A stretch of DNA of 14,549 bases, from contig JBDRBN010000130.1 of NCBI GenBank assembly GCA_043822785.1, positions 1-14,549 of the forward strand, written 5' to 3'. Under the pieces are notes generated by a model that ran no database searches, was not told the origin of the DNA, and was given only the letters and a program-made list of their open reading frames with translations. The DNA is from Pseudomonadota bacterium (GTDB lineage: Bacteria; UBA10199; 2-02-FULL-44-16; JAAZCA01). Shown piece by piece: positions 8,501 through 14,549 of the stretch (the stretch's first letter is position 1; each line of letters begins with the position of its first letter). The translations under genes were made by a program, and so were the position numbers.

Positions 8501-8884
8501 CTCCGGTGTGACGTCGGCTGGAAGATTGTCCACGATTCCACTCATGTACTCGAGTGTTCTGCTGCGTGCCCAGTAGATGTCGGTGCCCTCCTCAAAGATG
8601 ATGTATACGAAGGACAGCCCGAACATGGAGTAGCCGCGCACATCTCTTACCTTTGGGGCAGCAATCATGGAGGTCACGATCGGATATGTGATCTGGTCTT
8701 CGACGAGGTCAGGGGAGCGCCCCGACCATTCTGTGAAGACGATTACCTGTGTATCAGAGAGATCGGGTATGGCATCCAGATTAGTATTGGAGAGCGCATA
8801 TATTCCCCAGGCTATCGCAAAGGCGGTTCCCAGGAATACGAAGAAACGGTTGGCTGTGCACCATGCTATAATTCGAGCGATCAT
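5570..8884 (-). CDS. cusA: CusA/SilA-type Cu(I)/Ag(I) RND efflux permease
   Basis: LDAIPDLSDTQVIV, LGPDATGVGWVFEY, IGAMVDAA..VEN, RVRPKLM. The Met triad equivalents of E. coli CusA are present (LYMPTT, APLSMVET, RIDMLTTG). 1104 aa. Confidence 0.96.
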   Translation of the reverse strand: MIARIIAWCTANRFFVFLGTAFAIAWGIYALSNTNLDAIPDLSDTQVIVFTEWSGRSPDLVEDQITYPIVTSMIAAPKVRDVRGYSMFGLSFVYIIFEEGTDIYWARSRTLEYMSGIVDNLPADVTPELGPDATGVGWVFEYALVDKTGTQSLADLRSFQDWSLRYILEAVPGVAEVASIGGFVKQYQVTVDPNKLKALGIPLKHVIMSIKASNNDVGGRVLEMQGAEFFVRGRGYIKSVQDIEKVVIGMGKEDTPITVKDVANVKLGPDIRRGAAEWNGEGEVVGGIVVMRWGENALTVIEKVKKRIEEIKPSLPEGVELLIAYDRSDLIHRSINTLRDTLIKEMVIVALAIIIFLWHFKSSLIPIVTLPFAALLSFIPMYYLGITSNIMSLGGIAIAIGAMVDAAVILVENAHKHLEHWEQEGRKQDRAMVVLHAAQEVGRPLFFSLLILGVSFMPVYALQAQEGRLFRPLAFTENFSMLFAALVAITLVPVLMQIFIKPDDRPTPKGIRARISRFFTGGRILPEDEHPVSQAMFRIYGPIMRWILKHRKGTMIVTIILTLSIVPVYMRLGTEFMPPLNEGDILYMPTTLPGISIEEAKRWLQIQDQLIISFPEVETVFGKVGRARTATDPAPLSMVETTIHLKPMNEWPKVSKERWYSGWPWWTTLWFKPFLPDKKPRTWEELIAELDRTVKLPGTTNAWIMPIKTRIDMLTTGIRTPIGIKIFGPDLKVTQKIGEQIEATLPSISGTRSVFAERSTGGFFVDFDIDRDRIARYGLRVGDVEAVIESSIGGMNIGETIEGRERYPINVRYDRDLRANIDELKRVLVSTPSGAQIPIEQVADIKITSGPPVIKDENGMLTSWVYVDLKDGTDITGYVKKAKEIIAKNVQIPSGYYLAWSGQYEYIERAYKRLMVMIPLALFLIFLLLYINTRSLVRTIIVQLSVSFALVGAIWMIYILGYQMSIAVWVGIIALAGIDAETGVVMMLYLDLSFDHMVRNGRMRTMEDVEAASIHGAVQRVRPKLMAAVTTFVGLMPIMFAVTGAAGADVMKHIAAPMVGGMITSFISTLLIYPVVYTIWKWHFVMKKGKQLPKPEQATHYTEL

Positions 8885-8915
8885 CTATTTTTTTCCTTTA
8901 TCTGCATTTCCCCAC

Positions 8916-10040
8916 CTAATGCTGATGGCTAGTCGTAGCCTTTTCACCCTTCATCGATCTGAGCGTCGCTTTCAACTGACTTTCAGAATCGATGAGGAAG
9001 TTTGGTGATGTGACAACGATATCGCCTGCTTCAAGGCCGCTCATGATAAGCGCATAGTCGCGCGTGCGGCCACCAAGCTCAACCATGCGTGGTACGAGCT
9101 TTCCTTTGCCTTCGTCGATGAAGACGTGATAGTTCCCTCCGCTCCAGATCAGAGCGCTCTCGGGAATCGAAAGACCCATACCCAAGGGGACACCAATCGC
9201 TACATCCACGTATAGGTTTGGTTTCAGCTCTCCTTCAGGATCGCTCACCTCTACTCTCATCCTCATCGAGCGGCTCTTCGGATCAATTATCGGATCTATA
9301 GCTATGATGGAGCCTGTGAATACCGGAGCTGTTTTTCCAGGCAGCGTCATCTTCGCCATCTGTCCAACCTTCACGTAAGGGATGTCGCTTTCGTATATAT
9401 CGCCATAGATCCAGACCTTACCATCGGATGTGGGCAGGTAGAGGTTTTTCTGAATGCGCCTGCTGCGCGCAATCTCCGAGATTTGCGCGTTGCTCATCCC
9501 CATGAGTTCAAGTCTCTCCGCAGCAGCGGCGGACAGAGTACGATCTCCAAGCCTCAAAGCCTCTATGTATTCGCGTTGTGCCACTGCGAGCTTTGGATCG
9601 TAGGCCACGATGCCCACAGTTCGCACATCCTTTGTTAGGGATCTCATCTCCGCAGTCGCAGTTTTGACTCCGATCATCTGGCGTTGGGTATCAGTGACCT
9701 TGATAGAGGCGCGGGATGCAGGTGTGTGATCCTTGTGTTCTTCCATGTGAGTCCCTTCATCCTCTGCCAAAACGAGCGTCATTCCGCAGATCGGACATGT
9801 GCCTGGACTGTCGGACGTGTAGGTAGGATGCATGGGACAAATGTAGAGCTGTGACTCGTTACTCGTTACTCCCGCCACTAAACCGTCGGCGGGCAAGCGT
9901 GACTCGCTCGTTGTCATGTGACGAGTGTGCGTCACAAAGAACCAGCTTCCAGCTACAACCACGATAACGAGTGCGACGATCCCTGCGATTAGCCATCGCA
10001 AGCGATGGCTTCCTTCATTTAACATCATGAGGCGTTTCAT
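8916..10040 (-). CDS. cusB: CusB-like periplasmic adaptor with N-terminal CPMH heavy-metal-binding domain
   Basis: N-terminal TM helix, YICPMHP...PGTCPICGMTL, His-rich linker, VWIYGDIYESD, LKPNLYVDV, IPESALI, NFLIDSESQL. Lies between the TolC-family gene and cusA. Confidence 0.9.
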   Translation of the reverse strand: MKRLMMLNEGSHRLRWLIAGIVALVIVVVAGSWFFVTHTRHMTTSESRLPADGLVAGVTSNESQLYICPMHPTYTSDSPGTCPICGMTLVLAEDEGTHMEEHKDHTPASRASIKVTDTQRQMIGVKTATAEMRSLTKDVRTVGIVAYDPKLAVAQREYIEALRLGDRTLSAAAAERLELMGMSNAQISEIARSRRIQKNLYLPTSDGKVWIYGDIYESDIPYVKVGQMAKMTLPGKTAPVFTGSIIAIDPIIDPKSRSMRMRVEVSDPEGELKPNLYVDVAIGVPLGMGLSIPESALIWSGGNYHVFIDEGKGKLVPRMVELGGRTRDYALIMSGLEAGDIVVTSPNFLIDSESQLKATLRSMKGEKATTSHQH

Positions 10041-11314
10041 GAGTCCTCCCTTCGACCCTGCTCAGGGCGTGTCTCGGCAGGTGTTACTCCTACCGCCCGT
10101 TCTAGGTCAGCGTAAGCTTTGTGAGCATCGGTCCTTGCCCTGATGAGTGAGAGTTCTGCATTGTTCAAGCTGCGGATGCTGTCCACTATGCTCAAAAAAT
10201 CTCCATTACCGGCCCTGTATGCCTCCTCGCTGGATGAAAGAAGCGTTCTGGCACGAGGGACAACCTGCTGTGAATATATGCTCACCCGCTTTTTCGCTGC
10301 ATTCAAGCGGGCGTATGAGGTTTTTATCTCTGCCTTTGTCATGAGGACGGTTTCCTCGTTCAGCGATTTTGCGCGATAGAGAAGTGCATTAGATTCCCGT
10401 ACGCCGAAGCGCTGTTTGGAGAGTGAGAAGAGCGGCACGGATACCATGACGCGTCCTGTCCAGGCGTTTTGCTGATTGGGACGATCATCGTAACCCCACC
10501 TGAGTGTCAGATCAGGTGCATACTGAGATTTTGCAAGACCCACGCGGGCGCTCTGCGATTCGATCATCTTTTCCGAGATTCCTATCTCTGGTCTTACGGC
10601 CTTGGCTTTCTCAACGAGTGCTGACACGCTCAATGCCTTTGGCAGCGAAGGGGGTGTGGCTACGCGAGTCTCAGGATCCAGGGTGTCGTTCATCATGGCG
10701 CTAAGCTTTGCGAGGGCCCCGATGCGGTCCTGTTCAAGCAGCGCAAGGTGCGCTTCTATATCTCCGAGGTCGACGGCGGCCCTGACCGGATCGGCAACTG
10801 AGCCCTTTAGCGAGGCATACGCAGTTTCGGCAGCTCCCTTGTTCTGTCTGTAGATAGAGATCGTCCTTCGTTCGATCCTCTCCTCTTCCTGAAGCCTCCA
10901 TATATCGAGATAGGCGAGCTTGACCAGGCGCTTTAGTTCCTGTGCAGTCATGGCTTCACTTGAGATTGCTGCTTCTGCAGCCCTTTTTTCGGCCTTGTAA
11001 CCATAGACGAGCTTTGAAGGGAACGGAATCTGTTGTTGTACCATATAGGTGATCATTCCTTGATCCACGTCGATGGTATTGATTGGAACCTGAGAGAACT
11101 GAACCATGAATGTAGGATCAGGCGGTGTAGCTGCCTGTGGTGGACGAGCGAATGCTGCATCAGTTGCGTAGCTTGCAGCTGCAAGGCTGGGATTTTCGGA
11201 CATAGCAGCTTGAAGCGCCTTTTCCATGGTGAGCATCTCAGATGCGATTGCACCTTGAAATAAAGGCAAGGCCAACAGCAAAAGCGCAAGCGCTAAAGCA
11301 ATTATTTTTCTCAT
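10037..11314 (-). CDS. TolC-family outer membrane efflux protein (CusC role)
   Basis: Cleavable signal peptide, ENPSLAAA, RPEI, YAPDLTL, VSVPLF, YRAGNGDFLSIVD, ADLERAVG. RBS GGAGG upstream; stop overlaps the cusB start (ATGA). Confidence 0.9.
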   Translation of the reverse strand: MRKIIALALALLLLALPLFQGAIASEMLTMEKALQAAMSENPSLAAASYATDAAFARPPQAATPPDPTFMVQFSQVPINTIDVDQGMITYMVQQQIPFPSKLVYGYKAEKRAAEAAISSEAMTAQELKRLVKLAYLDIWRLQEEERIERRTISIYRQNKGAAETAYASLKGSVADPVRAAVDLGDIEAHLALLEQDRIGALAKLSAMMNDTLDPETRVATPPSLPKALSVSALVEKAKAVRPEIGISEKMIESQSARVGLAKSQYAPDLTLRWGYDDRPNQQNAWTGRVMVSVPLFSLSKQRFGVRESNALLYRAKSLNEETVLMTKAEIKTSYARLNAAKKRVSIYSQQVVPRARTLLSSSEEAYRAGNGDFLSIVDSIRSLNNAELSLIRARTDAHKAYADLERAVGVTPAETRPEQGRREDS

Positions 11315-11348
11315 AAATTACCTCCGCGATGCAGAAGAAGGACGTCGC

Positions 11349-11618
11349 TCAGCGAATGAAACGGTCGATGGTCCTGATCAATTCATCCACCTTTTTACCT
11401 TCGTCGCAGCACTTGATCGACTCTGCAACACAGCTCTCAACGTGTCGCTTCATTATAATGAGGGCAACTTGCTCCAGCGCTCGGCGCATTGCATTCACCT
11501 GGTTGATCAGATCGATGCAATATTTTTCATCATCGATCATCTTCATGAGCCCTTTGATCTGACCCTCGATTCGGCGCAAACGCTTTAAGGCATCTTTTTT
11601 TGTGACATCGTTTATCAT
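11349..11618 (-). CDS. csoR: CsoR/RcnR family metal-sensing repressor, Cu(I)-type (89 aa)
   Basis: LKRLRRIEGQIKGL, YCIDLINQV, RHVESCV (Cys-His-Cys ligand set). Start moved from 11675 to the ATG at 11618, which has an AGGAGG RBS; the longer ORF would run through the operator. Confidence 0.92.
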   Translation of the reverse strand: MINDVTKKDALKRLRRIEGQIKGLMKMIDDEKYCIDLINQVNAMRRALEQVALIIMKRHVESCVAESIKCCDEGKKVDELIRTIDRFIR

Positions 11619-11643
11619 GATTAAGGCCCTCCTAAAGGTTCTT

Positions 11644-11667
11644 ATACCCCATACCCCTATAGGGTAT
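11644..11667. promoter_or_regulatory. CsoR-type operator
   Basis: ATACCCCTATAGGGTAT (11651-11667) is an ATA-C-tract/G-tract-TAT pseudo-palindrome typical of CsoR/RcnR operators. An extra ATACCCC half-site lies at 11644-11650, directly upstream of csoR. Confidence 0.85.
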
Positions 11668-11695
11668 ATTATCATAGAGGGGAGTGATCTTTCAA
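11666..11695 (-). promoter_or_regulatory. Putative sigma70 promoter of the csoR-cus operon
   Basis: Minus strand TTGAAA (11695-11690), 18-nt spacer ending TGA, then TAATAT (11671-11666), abutting the operator. Confidence 0.5.
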
Positions 11696-11836
11696 GGATA
11701 AATTTATCATGTAACGCTATGAAATTGAAGGAGTTATTAAAGAGCCACGTGTTTGTGGATTTTTGGTTGAAAGAAGCGGTTTTCCGTGTCAGATAGCGGG
11801 AACCACAAAGTCATTAAACTCAATCGGAGGGATATT

Positions 11837-12259
11837 ATGAAGAGAACGCTAGTTATTGTGTATGTACTGATTATGGCGTCTGCGACACTAGCCCATGCAG
11901 CGGATAAAGTTGTTAAGACAAAGAGCGGCCTTGCGTACCAAGATGTAAAGGTGGGAACCGGTGCGATGGCTGTGGCTGGTAAGAAGGTTTCGGTCGACTA
12001 TACAGGATGGCTAGATGAAGGCGATCGAAAGGGCAAAAAATTCGACAGCTCACATGATCGTGCTCAAGCTTTTGTTTTCACGCTAGGCGCGGGCCAGGTC
12101 ATAAAAGGGTGGGATGAAGGTGTGGCTGGAATGAAGGTCGGAGGCAAGCGCATTCTGATGATCCCGCCACATCTCGGTTATGGTGCAAGGGGCGCAGGCA
12201 GCGCAATACCGCCAAACGCAGATCTCATATTTGAGGTCGAACTTTTGGAGGTGAAATGA
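11837..12259 (+). CDS. FKBP-type peptidyl-prolyl cis-trans isomerase, exported
   Basis: VSVDYTGWL, KFDSSHDR, LGAGQVIKGWDEGVAGMKVGGKR, IPPHLGYG, IPPNADLIFEVELL. Start placed at ATG 11837 (GGAGG at 11826-11830), giving signal peptide MKRTLV...AHA. Confidence 0.95.
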   Translation: MKRTLVIVYVLIMASATLAHAADKVVKTKSGLAYQDVKVGTGAMAVAGKKVSVDYTGWLDEGDRKGKKFDSSHDRAQAFVFTLGAGQVIKGWDEGVAGMKVGGKRILMIPPHLGYGARGAGSAIPPNADLIFEVELLEVK

Positions 12260-12957
12260 TGCAGACAAATACAATTGCACAACCAATTAATCTAGAAGTA
12301 GCACAGCAGAGGTTTGTGACAAAAGTTTTCTGGTGGATGTTTATCGCTCTGCTTACCACAGCAGGCATCTCATACTATGTCGCTTCCAACCAGCAGTTGC
12401 TCGCCACCATCATTACGAATCAAATGCTCTTCTTCGGCCTCATAATAGCCGAGTTGGGACTGGTGCTCGTGCTTTCAGCTGCGATAAACCGTTTGAGCGC
12501 CATGGCTGCGACAGGTCTATTCTTTTTGTACTCCGCGCTCACAGGCCTTACGCTTTCTGTAGTATTCATCGCGTATACAGCTGAATCCCTGGTCACAACA
12601 TTTCTCATCACCTCAGGTACGTTCGGAGCGATGGCGATCTATGGTTATACAACGCGTAAAGATCTTACCAGCATCGGCAATATCTGTTTCATGGGCCTTA
12701 TCGGAATCATCATCGCATCGGTGGTGAACTTTTTTTTCCGCAGCACATTGCTTCATACAGCAGTAACCTACATCGGCGTATTGGTCTTTGTGGGGCTCAC
12801 GGCATATGATGCTCAGAAGATAAAGCAGATGGGTCTGCAGTTTGAAGAGGGATCGGAAGCGGAGCATAAGGGTGCGATATTGGGTGCGCTGAGGCTCTAT
12901 CTTGATTTCATAAACCTCTTCTTGCTCCTGCTTAGAATATTTGGCCGGAGGAGATAG
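12256..12957 (+). CDS. Bax inhibitor-1/YccA (YbhL-like) membrane protein
   Basis: About seven hydrophobic segments, YGYTTRKDLT, GLTAYDAQKIK, GALRLYLDFINLFLLLLRIFG. Start overlaps the FKBP stop (ATGA). Confidence 0.93.
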   Translation: MMQTNTIAQPINLEVAQQRFVTKVFWWMFIALLTTAGISYYVASNQQLLATIITNQMLFFGLIIAELGLVLVLSAAINRLSAMAATGLFFLYSALTGLTLSVVFIAYTAESLVTTFLITSGTFGAMAIYGYTTRKDLTSIGNICFMGLIGIIIASVVNFFFRSTLLHTAVTYIGVLVFVGLTAYDAQKIKQMGLQFEEGSEAEHKGAILGALRLYLDFINLFLLLLRIFGRRR

Positions 12958-12973
12958 CTCAAAGTATCTAGAT

Positions 12974-13016
12974 AAAAAAGGCCCTGCCATAATTCATGAC
13001 AGGGCCCTTTCCTTTT
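12974..13016. terminator. Bidirectional rho-independent terminator
   Basis: A6, then GGCCCTG-C-CAT-aattc-ATG-A-CAGGGCC, then CTTTCCTTTT, between two convergent genes. Confidence 0.85.
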
Positions 13017-13032
13017 GTAGTAACAGCAATGC

Positions 13033-14299
13033 TTATTGTGGTTGCTGTTGTTCAATTATCTCCCAGCAGTTTATCCAATTGTGGTTAAACATATAAGCGC
13101 TGCAGGCTGCATCCATGTTAGCTTGCGAAGATGCGGGCAGATCAACAATGCCTACTCCCACATCATCTGTGCAGTCCCATGTTTCGTTTGCGGCAAATGC
13201 GAATGCGATTTCAGTGGTCTGAACAGTTGGAAGATCGCCATCACTGGCAGTGTTATAAAACAAACTATCAGTTACCGGATCTACCGGTAGACCCGTATCG
13301 CCAAGCCATGCATCCACACCAGTATCTGGACCATACGTGCCCTGGCCATACTCATTATTGTAAGTGCCCTGTGAGCTATACTTAACTGCGCCGTCACCCA
13401 TTGCTAGCTGCGCAATGTTGGTTGATGTGTCACCCAGCATCTCGCCCAAGCTGTAGCCTGCTTCTTGATGGGTTCCAGAATCGCCATTCTCGTTCCAACT
13501 TCCTGCACGATAGCCCGAGAAATGGAAGCTTCCGGGCGTTTGGGTTAGGGTTCCTTCTTCCCATCCCATGCCGCCACCCCAGTTGCCTTTGTTCCTTACC
13601 GCGATGACTTTTTCTGTGAAGTATCCATCAGCATTTAAGGTGCCGGTGACATCGACCGAATGCCATCCAGAACCGTTTGCATCTGTGAACTGGCCGAGGC
13701 CGCGCATGGATAAACTTGCGCCACTGATTGTCTGACCTGTGTATTCATTTTGAACAAGGGTATTGTTCACCAGAGAACACATGAACATCTCAAAAGACGT
13801 GATCGATCCTGCATCGTTCTTTGAGATCCGCATCTTTACGCGATCGGGTGCGCCATTATCACTCTCGATGCTGAGGTTGAAGATGTGCCACTCGCCATCA
13901 TAAATATCTATGGCACTGCCATTTGCATCGGTTAGGCCCTGAAAGGAGTCCTGGCTGTTCATGTAGCTTGTGAAACACAGGATCATGTCTGCTTGTGCTG
14001 CTGAGCTTATTCCCTCTTTGACGAGATTGAACACCTCGCATGCACCCCTGGAACTATCGGCGCTGAAGAAGTCAGCTGTTGTGGTAGCCAGGTTCATTCC
14101 GGTGGTTGCCGCTTTGCTTACATCTGCAACGACCTGTGCAGCAGCGCTTGCCATGGGGCTTGTGGCTTTGGGCAGATCGCTCAATGATGTGAATGTGGGC
14201 GTGTCGCCAGTGCCGCCTCCACTGCTGCTGGAGCCACCGCATGCTGCAAGGAATGTAAATCCTGTTATCATAAAGGACTGCTAGAACTGTCTTTCTCAT
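13033..14299 (-). CDS. Uncharacterised lipoprotein; apparent 1-nt frameshift within the signal peptide
   Basis: The 412-aa ORF (14271-13033) has lipobox LAAC followed by a GGSSSSGGG linker. An upstream out-of-frame GGAG-ATG at 14299 encodes MRKTVLAVL, separated from MITGFTFLAAC by one extra T. Confidence 0.75.
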
Positions 14300-14447
14300 A
14301 TATTATCTCCTTTCTCTTTTTGATTTTGAGAAATACATTATTTCTAATTCCGATATAGATGTTATCAGTAGGTGGTTGTCAAGGCATAGGTTCCAACATG
14401 TTAGAACAATCACTGCTGTCGCGTTAGAACTGCTTGTTTTTCATGGA

Positions 14448-14533
14448 TGTCATTGCGAGCAAAGCGAAGCAATCCCCTTATAACCTGTGTTTGCGGGAGA
14501 TTGCTTCGTCGCTAAACGCTCCTCGCAATGACA
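14448..14533. repeat. REP-like inverted hairpin doublet (TGTC-tagged), copy 2
   Basis: Perfect 12-bp terminal inverted repeat TGTCATTGCGAG/CTCGCAATGACA and inner CGAAGCAATC (14465-14474)/GATTGCTTCG (14499-14508). Confidence 0.88.
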
Positions 14534-14549
14534 CCTAGACATGAGAAAA

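Noticed and set aside
4820..8884. Functional link between the MoeB-like enzyme and copper efflux
   Set aside because: The genes are convergent, separately controlled and compositionally different, so adjacency alone is not evidence.
5585..8932. Long plus-strand ORFs opposite cusA (e.g. 6483-7061, 8405-8932)
   Set aside because: They are antisense shadows of a conserved GC-richer gene, with no recognisable motifs.
11619..11675. N-terminal extension of CsoR in the ORF track (108 aa)
   Set aside because: It overlaps the operator and promoter. The ATG at 11618 has an AGGAGG RBS and gives a typical family length.
11712..11736. Inverted IHF-like or att-like motif TAAC-N17-GTTA at the edge of the cus block
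   Set aside because: Each half has two mismatches to the IHF consensus in AT-rich DNA, I saw no matching copy at the other end of the block, and there is no recombinase.
11786..11836. GTG start for FKBP at 11786
   Set aside because: The ATG at 11837 has GGAGG and puts the signal peptide at the N-terminus.
14072..14299. 75-aa ORF as an independent small gene
   Set aside because: It is better explained as the true start of the lipoprotein running out of frame after codon 9.
2293..14533. The two REP-like doublets as ends of one 12-kb composite mobile element
   Set aside because: The enclosed genes include housekeeping functions, there is no transposase or integrase, the copies differ internally, and I saw no shared target duplication. 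Independent dispersed copies are simpler.

Overview
Bacterial, Gram-negative-type chromosomal window, mostly housekeeping and envelope genes around a copper-efflux island. Plus strand: a 5'-truncated exported protein ending in seven ~61-aa Delta-60-like beta-propeller repeats, murI, an S41 C-terminal protease (ctpA-like), a group III phosphofructokinase with the PPi-type signature, and a MoeB/ThiF adenylyltransferase. Minus strand: a csoR-cusC(TolC)-cusB-cusA operon with a clear CsoR-type operator. Then an FKBP PPIase and a YccA/BI-1 family gene (+), a bidirectional terminator, and an unknown Cys-containing lipoprotein (-) whose signal peptide is split by one extra base. The most notable observations are: (i) two dispersed inverted doublets of a TGTC-tagged hairpin, whose four halves share one architecture with compensatory changes; (ii) a CusB that appears to lack both halves of the lipoyl domain; (iii) Cus efflux apparently under CsoR rather than CusRS control; (iv) a 7-nt-periodic inverted repeat upstream of pfk; (v) the frameshifted lipoprotein leader. 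I saw no CRISPR array, tRNA, rRNA, transposase or integrase. All family calls come from motif recognition, not database searches.
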